A stretch of 64,000 bases of DNA from a bacterium. Lineage in GTDB: Bacteria > Patescibacteriota > Minisyncoccia > Phycocordibacterales > UBA6899. Made by a program: the position numbers and the translations under genes. Location: NCBI GenBank assembly GCA_043756865.1, contig JAYUQG010000024.1, forward strand, positions 27,259 to 91,258, given 5' to 3'. This document shows positions 27,390 through 36,834 of the stretch, in pieces. Under the pieces are notes generated by a model. The model was not told where the DNA came from. It searched no databases and saw only the letters and a program-made list of their open reading frames with translations. Numbering within the stretch: position 1 is the stretch's first letter; each line of letters opens with the position of its first letter.

Positions 27390-27626
27390 ATGTACTGGTT
27401 AAGTGTTTGGTTGAATTATTTTCGTGACTGGCGCAGGAAATGTCGGTTGGAAAGCGAATTTCTTTTCGAGTATCGCCCGTATGCATTCAGGCTTGTGATG
27501 GGGGATCTGACAAAATCTCAGTACGATTCTGATATGGAAGCACTTCGCGCCAAGTATCGCGCACTCGGACTTTCCGACCAAACCATGCGTAGCATTGAGT
27601 CCTTTCCGACAACTCTCGAAGGTTAA
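27390..27626 (+). CDS. hypothetical small protein
   Basis: 78-aa ORF immediately followed by a terminator. Confidence 0.35.
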   Translation: MYWLSVWLNYFRDWRRKCRLESEFLFEYRPYAFRLVMGDLTKSQYDSDMEALRAKYRALGLSDQTMRSIESFPTTLEG

Positions 27627-27637
27627 GTGTATTCGAT

Positions 27638-27660
27638 AAGCCCTCAAGGGCTTTTTGTTT
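27638..27660 (+). terminator. rho-independent terminator
   Basis: AAGCCCTCAAGGGCTT hairpin followed by TTTTGTTT. A minus-strand terminator CCGCTC-taac-GAGCGG plus T-run lies at 27664-27690 for the TraB-family gene. Confidence 0.6.
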
Positions 27661-27690
27661 ACCATAATTAAAAACCGCTCGTTAGAGCGG

Positions 27691-28611
27691 TCAGTCAGCT
27701 ACAAGTGTGTTTTGTGACTTGCGTGTGTCGGCGATTGCGTCGAGCAATGTGTACGTGTTCTGGAACGCATTGTGCCATGTCGTGTCGATTATTTCATAGC
27801 CATTCTGCTCGAGAATTTTGACCATACCGGGGAGGTGTCCTCCTCCCCACACTGATATGACATCAGCAGTTTTGCGGTGTGCAATTATCGCATCACACCC
27901 CACCACGTTACGCATATCAATGATTACGGACATCATTTTACGGTTTCTGTTTCGACCGAGAAATGAGACCAGTGGCAGGTGTCCCAGTATCTTTTCAATA
28001 TACCAACGCACAAAAGGTTTCTGGCGGGCGCTTAATCCAAGTTTTTTGAGGGCAAAAAGCTCTGGAACACCACCAGGGATTTCCGCGAGAGCCTTGATGA
28101 ATGCAGACCCCGTGAGGTCAGTGCGTACCCAAGAATCAGGATACGCGAGGCCTTCTCGTTGGTAGGTAATTCCTATCAAATCGCCAAACTCTTTTTGAAC
28201 TCCTATTAACTGAGTGAAACCCTCATAAATTTCTGCCTCAGCCTCTCCAAAAAGGGCTTTTTCCTCTTCGCTTACGCGCGAAATTCCTTCATAGAGCACC
28301 GTTGCTTGGGGTCGGGCGTCGACAAACGACTGAAGTTTGTCCCAGTACTTTTTTTGTGCAATGTGCATCACGCCAATTAGGTACACAAGTTTTCCTGTGT
28401 CATTCTCCCGCAGTGTAACAATGGGGAGCTGTATTTTGCCAAAGCGTCGGCGGGTATACCCCGTCCCTTTCCACTCAAGCAGGGCGATGAGTACAAACAG
28501 GAGACAGACAAGTGGGACCAATAAAAGACCGAGAGTCACGAGTGTTATCCCAAAGGCAAATACACAAAACGCGAGTATGCAGAGAGTGATTGAGAGCAAC
28601 AGTATTTCCAT
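27691..28611 (-). CDS. TraB/GumN family protein with N-terminal TM anchor
   Basis: VYLIGVMHIA (the GxxH motif) near the N-terminal side. VWGGGHLPGMVKILEQNGYEI matches the C-terminal GAGHL motif of the TraB/PrgY/GumN family. Confidence 0.55.
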   Translation of the reverse strand: MEILLLSITLCILAFCVFAFGITLVTLGLLLVPLVCLLFVLIALLEWKGTGYTRRRFGKIQLPIVTLRENDTGKLVYLIGVMHIAQKKYWDKLQSFVDARPQATVLYEGISRVSEEEKALFGEAEAEIYEGFTQLIGVQKEFGDLIGITYQREGLAYPDSWVRTDLTGSAFIKALAEIPGGVPELFALKKLGLSARQKPFVRWYIEKILGHLPLVSFLGRNRNRKMMSVIIDMRNVVGCDAIIAHRKTADVISVWGGGHLPGMVKILEQNGYEIIDTTWHNAFQNTYTLLDAIADTRKSQNTLVAD

Positions 28612-28768
28612 CGAGCCTCCATTGTTTCTAAGTGCATACTGAAATAATATAGCCCTTATGTCAAATATTTACACCCCACAACTCAGGTTTATTATGAAAA
28701 AAATTTTTGACAAATATTTTATTTATGGTAATTTCTAATTTAGATTAATTCAACATAGGTAACCCCAG

Positions 28769-29293
28769 ATGCATGATTACGTTCCAGATCCCGTGTTTGC
28801 CAAGGCAATGCACAAGGAAATTGTTTCAGCCATCCCGTTTCTTCCCCGACAGGCAGTCAAGCTAATTCCTGAGTCGGCGCGCGAGGCAGCGGTGACGCTC
28901 GCGCTCGCGCAGGTCATTCCGCTGTCATTTGGGTCAATCGCACTGTCACAAGTGTCGGGTGCCACGATACGCCTCACGCGCTCAGGTGACCTCGAAGCCG
29001 ATGTAAAGCAGAGTTTAATTCGGCGCATTGCACTCTGGCTAGCGGCCGATGAAGCGTCAGGTATTACCTTCGCCCTCCAGCATGAAATCGTGCGTCTTGC
29101 CACGGAAGAGTTTGGGACTGATTCGTGGAGGCTTTCCATTCAAGAAGAGGAGGCGGTGCTTACGGTCATGGACACGTCGATGCTTCGTGAGTCCGCAGAC
29201 ACCGTCATGGATGTGTTCTTCAATTCATTTGAAACCCTGAAGGGCATCACCCAGAAGTTCTCGCGGTTCTTCACACGTAAAGACAAAGACTGA
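28769..29293 (+). CDS. hypothetical protein
   Basis: 174-aa ORF. No recognisable motif. Confidence 0.4.
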   Translation: MHDYVPDPVFAKAMHKEIVSAIPFLPRQAVKLIPESAREAAVTLALAQVIPLSFGSIALSQVSGATIRLTRSGDLEADVKQSLIRRIALWLAADEASGITFALQHEIVRLATEEFGTDSWRLSIQEEEAVLTVMDTSMLRESADTVMDVFFNSFETLKGITQKFSRFFTRKDKD

Positions 29294-29373
29294 CCCACTC
29301 GCCACACGGCGAGTTTTTTGCACAAATAGTTCACCCCACACAGTGTGCGGGGCGTTGGCGCTAATGCGCTTGT

Positions 29374-29763
29374 TTATTTAAATGGTTTTACTTGAAAAGT
29401 AAACAGCGAGTCCATTATATAGCTCCACACCCCCGCTAGTAAGGTCGCGTAAATGCGTGCAGTCAAAAACGATGTGTGTGCTAATTCGACGAATCCCGCG
29501 GTAACACAAAGGACGATTACAATTGTCCCCACCTCGACGAGCGCGGCGCGGAAGAGCCCATTTCTTGTCTGGGTTTCAGGTTTTTTGAATGTCCACCCGC
29601 GATTAATAAAAAAACTGATTGTGACATGGAGTGTAAAACCTGCGAGGGTCGCAAGCAAATAGTGGAGGCCAAGTTCCGTTAGCATCCATGCTAAAGCGAG
29701 GTTGAGTGGAAGCAATAGCGTATTCACACTGATATATTTCATCATTCTTCGAATGGGAAGCAT
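29374..29763 (-). CDS. GtrA-like small membrane protein
   Basis: About 125 aa with 4 TM helices. The ...FFINRGWTFK... motif is typical of the GtrA family. Confidence 0.5.
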   Translation of the reverse strand: MLPIRRMMKYISVNTLLLPLNLALAWMLTELGLHYLLATLAGFTLHVTISFFINRGWTFKKPETQTRNGLFRAALVEVGTIVIVLCVTAGFVELAHTSFLTARIYATLLAGVWSYIMDSLFTFQVKPFK

Positions 29764-29887
29764 CCCGTACTCCTGTTTGTGGCAATCTCTTATCTCACGC
29801 TCTCATCTGTTCATTGTGCAGTCAACGAAATAACCGAAGTTCATTTATTTCTGTTAGAATGAATATTATTCATTAACTTGAGACTAC

Positions 29888-30070
29888 ATGGCGCATTATA
29901 TATGTACGGGCGGATGCATGGGTAAATCAGAAGTAGTTGGGGTTTGTGGCGTAGAAACATGCCCCAAGCATGGCGCTCCTCTTGAGGAGTGCACATGTGT
30001 TGATGGCAAGCATTTTGGTAAGCAGGATCAAGACGCACCACAAGAAGCGGCGGTTGAAGTTAAGGAGTAG
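29888..30070 (+). CDS. small Cys-rich protein (putative metal-binding), 60 aa
   Basis: YICTGGCMGK...CGVETCPKHG...CTCVDGKH. A perfect hairpin AAATGCCCCGCAA-ttca-TTGCGGGGCATTT follows at 30083-30113. Confidence 0.35.
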   Translation: MAHYICTGGCMGKSEVVGVCGVETCPKHGAPLEECTCVDGKHFGKQDQDAPQEAAVEVKE

Positions 30071-30130
30071 TCAGACTTGTACAAAATGCCCCGCAATTCA
30101 TTGCGGGGCATTTGTGTTTCGCATATCGAT

Positions 30131-30430
30131 TTACAATGTTGAGTTGGGAACAAACGGCTTACTTGCGAGGATAAGTTTTTCTGCAACCGCGAGTACGCGT
30201 TTTTCCTCACCTTCTTTTGGTGTGATGCCCATATAGCGCGTCTCTTCGTTCATGAGATGTTCGCAAAGCTCTTCTGGAGTGCGTCCTTGGTTCAAGAGTG
30301 CGTACACTCCCGGCACATAACCCTCATAGTCATCGGGCTCTTTTTTCCCCGTGTGTACTCCAACGGGATTCCAGTCATCCTTGAGGATTTTCTTGATGAT
30401 TGCCCAATGTTCTACTCGCTCGCTCTTCAT
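30131..30430 (-). CDS. hypothetical protein
   Basis: 99-aa ORF convergent with the small Cys-rich gene. No motif. Confidence 0.35.
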   Translation of the reverse strand: MKSERVEHWAIIKKILKDDWNPVGVHTGKKEPDDYEGYVPGVYALLNQGRTPEELCEHLMNEETRYMGITPKEGEEKRVLAVAEKLILASKPFVPNSTL

Positions 30431-30522
30431 GAAGTCAATATAGCACCTTTAAAGAAAAAAAGTCTGCAAATTCATATTATTTCACATTCAGTCAATATTA
30501 TATGATGGGTTCACGTTAAAAA

Positions 30523-30903
30523 TTAGGTGCCCCTAGGCTTATTTGGAAACGAATTTTTTATCATGAATTCCTCGACAGGGACACCACCTATCAGGTGCTC
30601 GTTGACGATGCGCTCGAGGTTGGCGGGAGTGCATGAATGATACCAGACACCGTCAGGGTACACGACGGCAATGGGGCCCTTCTGGCAGATGCGCAGACAG
30701 TTGGCCTTGGTGCGATAGATACTGCCGTTCTGCGAGCGGTTGAGTTCAATAAGGCGCTTTTTTAAATACTCCCAAGATGCGAGTCCGCTCTCTCGACTGC
30801 AGCATTTTGGAACTGTTTGATCGGCGCAGAGAAAAATGTGGCGTTCAATATTCGAAAGCCCCAAGTCGCGGGCAATTTTCTCCAGTTCTGCGTCTAGATT
30901 CAT
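30523..30903 (-). CDS. thioredoxin-like [2Fe-2S] ferredoxin family protein
   Basis: [19 protein letters not shown]...[24 protein letters not shown]. The four-Cys pattern and the terminal hydrophobic GxWY are as in NuoE-like/Trx-like 2Fe-2S ferredoxins. Confidence 0.45.
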   Translation of the reverse strand: MNLDAELEKIARDLGLSNIERHIFLCADQTVPKCCSRESGLASWEYLKKRLIELNRSQNGSIYRTKANCLRICQKGPIAVVYPDGVWYHSCTPANLERIVNEHLIGGVPVEEFMIKNSFPNKPRGT

Positions 30904-30969
30904 AACGAAAAGTGTAACATATGAGTGCTTTTTTTGTGCAGAGAAAAACCCGCATTGCGGGTTTGTTGT

Positions 30970-31464
30970 TTATGCGTTTGCGATGATGCCGTCAATCCAT
31001 TCGGGAGTGAGGTCGTGAATTGTCACGCCAAGTTCTGCGAGTGTCTTGCGCTCCCACCCCGCGCCGAAAGATGATTCCCAGCCGGGGATGAACCACGCTT
31101 CTTTGATGATGCCATGGCGAAAAATGGGGTAGTAGAAGTCGTGGAGGATAGGCATATAGTACGCATCCGTACGAGCAGGGTCTTCGGCGCGCCATCGTGT
31201 TCGGAAGAAGAAGATGCGTTCTTCGTACGGTTTCTGACTGAAGATTGCGTGACCCTTCGCACGGAGTGCGTCGATTGTGCCAAGGAAAACCTTGAGGTTC
31301 ACTTCGATATTCCCACGTCCGCCGGTCGAGATTGGTCCGCAGACAACTCCACAGCCGTTTGGAAATTTTTCGAGTTCCGTGAGTGCGATGGGTACAAGCT
31401 CCGCGAAGGAGTCGGTTTGTGTGCAGCGTGTTCGGAGGTCGGCAAGGTCGGTGTCGTGATGCAT
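30970..31464 (-). CDS. hypothetical protein (possibly nucleoside 2-deoxyribosyltransferase-like/DUF4406-like)
   Basis: GVVCGPISTGG resembles the GP(M/I)(T/S)G motif of DUF4406. Weak. Confidence 0.3.
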   Translation of the reverse strand: MHHDTDLADLRTRCTQTDSFAELVPIALTELEKFPNGCGVVCGPISTGGRGNIEVNLKVFLGTIDALRAKGHAIFSQKPYEERIFFFRTRWRAEDPARTDAYYMPILHDFYYPIFRHGIIKEAWFIPGWESSFGAGWERKTLAELGVTIHDLTPEWIDGIIANA

Positions 31465-31569
31465 TGGGTGCCCTAGGTGTGTGCAAGTTCTGGGGACACT
31501 TTAGCGGGTGGTGGGGGGTGTGGCAAGGGGTTGCAGTATGGGTACAAGAAAGATAATCTCGGAATACAG

Positions 31570-32370
31570 ATGAGCATAAAGGTACCTAAAGTTTACGAAC
31601 GTTGGGAGTTTGAGAATCACAGACTTCGCAAATCAACCCCACAGGATATAATTAACCAAAATATTGGGAATCGTGATGATGAAAGGAGTCAAGAGTTTTT
31701 GCTCACGCTTGCTCTCGTTTTTAATGACTTTAAGGGTCTTGTGCTAATAAACGACTCTATTAAGGGAGTGTATCGAACACCCAACCCAGAAGAAGTAACC
31801 ACACATGTAGGTGAATTAAATGGCATTCAAGTTCAAATACTAAAATTATTATTCTCGACACTTTTTGAGGCAATTGTTTTTATACGTGATTCGAAAGATG
31901 CATACACGCTCCCTCATATTCAAACATTGCTCAAATCTATCCCGGAGAGTTCCCAAATTGTTTGGGATGTATTGCGCAAAGTTGCAGATGAAGAACTAAT
32001 CGAAGACGCAAGGTTCACTGGCTACGCAGAACTTCGAGACTTGCTAAAGCTTGCGAGAAATAATGTTGGTTTTCATTATCAAACCAGAAAACGACTTGTC
32101 GCCGGATACCGTCGGTTCTTTTATGATAATAACGATATTGCCACGGAAGAATATAAAAAAATTGCATATCGCTCGACCCTCAGTGGCAACTTCGCTGATT
32201 CTCGGTATTACTATGCTGACGCAGCACTTCAGGGTTATTATCTCGAACTTTTTGGAAACCACAGAAATCCACAACAGCTTGTCGATGATACTTTTAATCT
32301 AATTGCAATGGTCGTGCATGCAATAAACGACCTGCTTATTGCGCACCACAAGTCTCTCCCTAATCGTTAG
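31570..32370 (+). CDS. hypothetical protein in an AT-rich segment
   Basis: ORF with noticeably lower GC than its surroundings. Start chosen at MSIKVPKVYERWEF (31570). No motif. Confidence 0.4.
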   Translation: MSIKVPKVYERWEFENHRLRKSTPQDIINQNIGNRDDERSQEFLLTLALVFNDFKGLVLINDSIKGVYRTPNPEEVTTHVGELNGIQVQILKLLFSTLFEAIVFIRDSKDAYTLPHIQTLLKSIPESSQIVWDVLRKVADEELIEDARFTGYAELRDLLKLARNNVGFHYQTRKRLVAGYRRFFYDNNDIATEEYKKIAYRSTLSGNFADSRYYYADAALQGYYLELFGNHRNPQQLVDDTFNLIAMVVHAINDLLIAHHKSLPNR

Positions 32371-32751
32371 TATTGGGCAGGCTAGTTTGATGGCGGGTTC
32401 GGTCACGAGTTTCTAAATCTCTTGTGTATTTCGCGCACAAAAGCTTAAGAACTCTCGACTCCGACTCGGCGACACCACTCACAAGAAAGAAGGTGAGTGG
32501 CGTAAACCGCCTCCGTCTTTCGCCCTCACCATCTCCGACAAAACGCAAACCACCCAACTCTTTGCAGAGTTGGGTGGGTGTATTTGAGCGGGTTCGGCTA
32601 CAAGTCACTAAATAAATATGGAGAGATAGCGGGGAGGTCACAGATAATTTCCTCGTTGCCACTCGGAAATTTCCGCGACCCCGTCTCACCATCTCGTCTG
32701 CTGACTCGATATGGTTCCGACCGTCAAACCCCCTGCGACTTCTCAGTCGCC

Positions 32752-32813
32752 CCATCTCCACAATTATAAAAAGAACGCCCGTATGGGCGTTCTTTTTATA
32801 ATTGTGGAGATGG
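32752..32813. repeat. 29-bp perfect inverted repeat (hairpin, loop GTAT) overlapping the tmRNA 3' end; core acts as bidirectional terminator
   Basis: CCATCTCCACAATTATAAAAAGAACGCCC-gtat-GGGCGTTCTTTTTATAATTGTGGAGATGG. The right arm contains the tmRNA acceptor 3' strand. The inner GAACGCCC/GGGCGTTC stem is flanked by A- and T-runs. Confidence 0.7.
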
Positions 32814-33190
32814 CGGGTTTGACCCCGCGTCCAGCAGAGAAGAGCACAAAGGTCTACGTGCGTAGTTTGTCTCATTGATTTCATGTCGCAAGGGCTAGGC
32901 AAACAAAACCTTACGAGCACTACTCCCTTAATTTTCGTTATCGTATTCGGGTACTACGATACTTATCCTGAAAATATGACACGAAGTACGGGCCTATCAG
33001 GCGTACTCCCGCTTCGCGCCGTCTACTTAAGCGTAGGCGAAAGCGAAATTGTTAGCCTTAAAGTAAGGCGTTGCAACTCCACCGGTGCTTTTCTTGGCAC
33101 TTTCAAGTTGTTCGCGTGATTTACGAGACTACGAACATGCTCGGCACGCACATTGCACAGCAACTTCCACTGTCGAAACAGTTCATCCCC
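32805..33190 (-). ncRNA. ssrA: tmRNA (ssrA), one-piece
   Basis: Minus-strand 5' end GGGGATGAACTGTTTCGACAGTGG...GTGCGTGCCGAG resembles the tmRNA 5' consensus. The tag reading frame is GCTAACAATTTCGCTTTCGCCTACGCTTAA (ANNFAFAYA-stop, at 33027-33056). The 3' end is a T-arm GCGGG-GTCAAAC-CCCGC plus acceptor CATCTCC-A. That acceptor pairs with 5' GGGGATG and gives a G3:U70 pair. It lies immediately downstream of smpB. Confidence 0.8.
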
Positions 33191-33278
33191 ATAAAGTGAT
33201 GCTTTCGGCGCGCTACCTGTGTAGTGTGTCCGAATACATCATTCTATAATGCGCGATACTCAAAAAAGTTTCAATGTA

Positions 33279-33749
33279 CTAGCGTAAACTCTTGCTGATT
33301 TTTTCCACACCGCGTTTGACCTCGCGGGCGATATCGCGCAATGCTTCTCGTTTCTTGATGGTCTCTCGTTTGTCTCCCTTTTTCTTTCCTCGTGCAATAG
33401 CAAAGCGGAGTTTAATAACCCGACCCTTATTATACATCGAAAGTGGCACTATTGTCAAACCTGCTTTTTCTTCCGCCGTAGATATTTCCGCCAGTTCTTT
33501 TTTGGTGAGGAGTAGTCTGCGGTTTCTTGTGGACTCATAACCGGGGGCATTTGCCGCCTGATAGGGGGGGATTTCCGCGTTCAAAAGAAATGCCTCGCCC
33601 CCACGTACGGTTATGTGCGCTCCCTCGAGCTTACCGTGGTGATCGCGTAGAGATTTCACTTCGGTGCCAAAAAGCTGGATGCCAGCCTCGAAGTGCTCGA
33701 TAATCTCATAGTCGAAATGCGCCCGCTTATGTTCAATCAGATTGGACAT
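33279..33749 (-). CDS. smpB: SsrA-binding protein SmpB
   Basis: IEHKRAHFDYEIIEHFEAGIQLFGTEVKSLR...GAHITVRGGEAFLLNAEIPPY...RRLLLTKKE matches the SmpB consensus. Confidence 0.85.
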   Translation of the reverse strand: MSNLIEHKRAHFDYEIIEHFEAGIQLFGTEVKSLRDHHGKLEGAHITVRGGEAFLLNAEIPPYQAANAPGYESTRNRRLLLTKKELAEISTAEEKAGLTIVPLSMYNKGRVIKLRFAIARGKKKGDKRETIKKREALRDIAREVKRGVEKISKSLR

Positions 33750-33791
33750 CTGGTTATCCTAGCAAAAACTGGCAGAAAATCTATGAAGAAG

Positions 33792-34364
33792 CTAATTGTC
33801 GGGACAAGTGCCCCTTGGGAACATGTCACAGAAATAGTCGCGCGTTACATTTGTGCGCCACTTCCATGGTCCTGCGCAGGAGCCACCACCAAAAGTGATT
33901 CCGTTTGCCATACGCGAGAAATCAATCTTCCATGAGCCGTATTCACGTACAAACAGAAACGGAGAAGGTCCGTCCTGCGTAAATGGGACGAAATGCACAT
34001 TTGCGATCGTGCCCGAGATGGTTTCTTGATTGGGGAGGTCCTTGTAGCACGCAACTTCTCTTTGCCATGAATCGCAGCTGGGGTTGAAATGGTTGTTCGA
34101 GTCCGCACTCATGTATCCCGACATCAATTCGGGGGCACAGGCTTCTCCGGCGGCAATGTAGCGTGCGAGCACCTGTGCGGGCGAGAGTGACTCTGAAATT
34201 GTGGGGTGTAGTCCTGTGGGGCTCACACTGGCTCCCGTCTGCGCTTGCGTCTGTTGTACGACAGTCATATTGGACAGCTGCTCAGATGTACTAAACAAAA
34301 GCGCAATAGACATGATGCCGATGAGTGCACAGGCGAGTAGCAGTGCTAGGGTAATGTTCCGCAT
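33792..34364 (-). CDS. hypothetical secreted/membrane-anchored Cys-rich protein
   Basis: N-terminal signal anchor. Several Cys in the mature part. No motif. Confidence 0.4.
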   Translation of the reverse strand: MRNITLALLLACALIGIMSIALLFSTSEQLSNMTVVQQTQAQTGASVSPTGLHPTISESLSPAQVLARYIAAGEACAPELMSGYMSADSNNHFNPSCDSWQREVACYKDLPNQETISGTIANVHFVPFTQDGPSPFLFVREYGSWKIDFSRMANGITFGGGSCAGPWKWRTNVTRDYFCDMFPRGTCPDN

Positions 34365-34406
34365 ATATAGTATAGTACCATGCGCTATTTCGTCCTGTGA
34401 ACACTG

Positions 34407-36260
34407 TTATTCGTACAACCCAATTTGGTGGTCATAGAGATTGCGGTAGACGCCGTTTTTCTTCGTGAGTAGTTCAGCGTGCGTTCCGGACTCTGCAATA
34501 GCGCCTTTGTGAAAGACGAGGATATTGTCTGCACGGCGTACGGTCGAAAGTCGGTGCGCAATAATAAATGTCGTGCGGCCATTCATCAGTTTCTCCAGTG
34601 CACTTGTCACATATGACTCTGTCTGCGCATCGAGTGCGGAGGTGGGCTCGTCGAGTATAAGAATTTTGGGATTGCGGAGCATTGCACGCGCAATGGCAAC
34701 GCGCTGTTTTTGTCCGACCGAGAGTTTCACCCCACGCTCGCCTACCAGCGTATTCATGCCTTTTGGTAACTCCGCAAGGAACTCCTCGAGGTGTACAGCG
34801 CGCGCAACTTCCGCCACTGCTTCATCGGTTGCTCCCTGTGAGCCGTACCGCAAATTATATTTGAGTGAATTGTTGAAGAGGGTGACTTCTTGGGGTACCA
34901 CTGCCATCGCACTGCGTAGAGCGACCAGATCGAATGCGCGCGTGTCGACACCATCGATTCGCACGGCTCCTTCGGTGGGGAAGTAGTACCCCCCGAGTAG
35001 TCCTATGGCTGTGGATTTTCCACCGCCCGACTCACCGACCAGTGCGATGACGTCACCTGCATGCGACGTGAAGCTCATATGTGAAAGTACAACCGGACTT
35101 TTCTCGTCATAACGAAATGATACGTTATCAAACGTCACCTTTCCCGCCGAGGTGTCGGGAGTTATCGCATGTGCAGGGTGGTAGTCTTCTTGTTTCTCAG
35201 AAAGTATTTCTTCGGTGTGCACCGCGCTGGTGATGCCGTTTTGAATATTTTGCCAGCTGTAGCCGAGTTCGACGAGCGGGCCGAAGAACATGAGTGCGTA
35301 GCCGTTAACGGCAATTAACTCTCCGACACTAATCGCCTTGCTTTGAATCAACCCGACCGCAAACACAAATACACCAAGCTGTGTGGCAAAAACAATCATG
35401 CGCTGCCAGAAAGAAATGTTTGCCCAGTGTCGCTCCATGCCATTCCACGATTTGTATATGCGGGACATGTGCGTCTTCAAAATTGTGCGCTCTTCACTAT
35501 CTTCCGCCGCGGCTTGCTTCACCGTCTCCGCGGAGTGCACCTTCTCAGCGGCACGTTGCCAGCCCTCACTCCAGATGCGGTGCGCTTTGTCGTCGAGTGC
35601 GGCGATTGGTCGCAGTAATATAAAGAGAATAATGGTGTATGTCGTAACTCCCGCAAGCAGAATTCCCGCGAGCATGACATTGATACTCGCAGCGAGTGCA
35701 ATGCCAATACCCATGGAAAGGAATTGTGGGGCAATCGAAAGAATGTTGCGCACCGAGGCACTCACTCGCCATCCCGCGTTACTGATGATGTCCATTTTGC
35801 CACTCATGCTGTTTTCTTTGTGGTATGCCACAGGAAGACGCATGAGGTGAATAAAACCGGTCGCTTCGAGGTTGAGCCGCATTTTGAGCCAGACTCCCTC
35901 TTGGCGGTTGCGCATGTGCCAGTCAATCATGTTCGCCAAGAGTTGGAGAATCACCCAGAGTACCAGAAGTGCAGTCCACAGTTTTATGGAATAAAAGGCG
36001 AGGGTGTTTCCTTGCGAAAGTGCAATCAGTGCATCAAAAAATTTTCCTGTGACGTAAGGGACAGAGCCGTTTAATATAGCCGAAACAACACCGAGGATGA
36101 TGAGGAGAATCATGTCCCGCTTCCATGTCGCGATGTGCCGCCAGACGGAATTCCATGCATGTCGCGCAGTGTACGGCTTGTGATGCTTTTCTTCTTGTGC
36201 GAGGTCGAGGTCTGCGTCATCGAGGTCTTCCGCGACATCAAGTTCAGGATTGAGAAACAT
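34407..36260 (-). CDS. ABC transporter permease/ATP-binding protein (MsbA-like exporter)
   Basis: 6-TM N-domain, then Walker A GESGGGKST, signature LSVGQKQRVAIARAM, Walker B ILILDEPTSALD and H-loop AHRLSTV. Confidence 0.85.
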   Translation of the reverse strand: MFLNPELDVAEDLDDADLDLAQEEKHHKPYTARHAWNSVWRHIATWKRDMILLIILGVVSAILNGSVPYVTGKFFDALIALSQGNTLAFYSIKLWTALLVLWVILQLLANMIDWHMRNRQEGVWLKMRLNLEATGFIHLMRLPVAYHKENSMSGKMDIISNAGWRVSASVRNILSIAPQFLSMGIGIALAASINVMLAGILLAGVTTYTIILFILLRPIAALDDKAHRIWSEGWQRAAEKVHSAETVKQAAAEDSEERTILKTHMSRIYKSWNGMERHWANISFWQRMIVFATQLGVFVFAVGLIQSKAISVGELIAVNGYALMFFGPLVELGYSWQNIQNGITSAVHTEEILSEKQEDYHPAHAITPDTSAGKVTFDNVSFRYDEKSPVVLSHMSFTSHAGDVIALVGESGGGKSTAIGLLGGYYFPTEGAVRIDGVDTRAFDLVALRSAMAVVPQEVTLFNNSLKYNLRYGSQGATDEAVAEVARAVHLEEFLAELPKGMNTLVGERGVKLSVGQKQRVAIARAMLRNPKILILDEPTSALDAQTESYVTSALEKLMNGRTTFIIAHRLSTVRRADNILVFHKGAIAESGTHAELLTKKNGVYRNLYDHQIGLYE

Positions 36261-36360
36261 AGAAATATTTTATCATGAGGACGGAGTATTGACAATTTGA
36301 ATAATTAATGTATACTATTTTGGGGCACATCGTCTCAACTCAACACCAAGGAGTCAGCAC

Positions 36361-36768
36361 ATGACAAATGGTCTTCCTTCAAAAACTCACGCATCTATCG
36401 GTCCTACTGAAATGGAGTTGTTTGAGGAGAATCTGAGGAATATGGGTGTTCTCCACAAGCGCATCTTCCTCAAGCAGGGGGAGCTCGGCGGGGCTTTGTA
36501 TGAGCACGGATTCCATGTGGGCACACAAAGCTGCATAGCAATTTGTGTTGGATCGCTGGATTTTGTCTTTTCGCAGTCTGCTGCGTTTTACTTCGGCGAC
36601 CATGGCTACGGCCCTGCTGGTGTGCTTCTGCTTCAACGTGACAACGAAACGGGGCACTGCACCCCACGCACGTTCTACTCACCTCTCGTAAATGTGGCAA
36701 TCGACAAGGAGTGCATTGGCCTCGAGGCGCTTAAGTGCTCGTACCCGAACGCAGGCTGGCCAGCCTAA
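36361..36768 (+). CDS. hypothetical protein
   Basis: 135-aa ORF followed by a strong terminator. Confidence 0.35.
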   Translation: MTNGLPSKTHASIGPTEMELFEENLRNMGVLHKRIFLKQGELGGALYEHGFHVGTQSCIAICVGSLDFVFSQSAAFYFGDHGYGPAGVLLLQRDNETGHCTPRTFYSPLVNVAIDKECIGLEALKCSYPNAGWPA

Positions 36769-36773
36769 GCCAC

Positions 36774-36800
36774 GCCGCTCCACGAGAGCGGCTTTTTTGT
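36774..36800 (+). terminator. rho-independent terminator
   Basis: GCCGCTC-cacga-GAGCGGC followed by TTTTTTGTT. Confidence 0.65.
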
Positions 36801-36834
36801 TCGGAATCGCGCGGTGATATATAATGGCGCTACT

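Noticed and set aside
32360-32920. 186-aa minus-strand ORF and small plus-strand ORFs across 32380-32900
   Set aside because: The region is occupied by the tmRNA 3' end, perfect hairpins and att-like repeats. The translations are Arg-rich junk.
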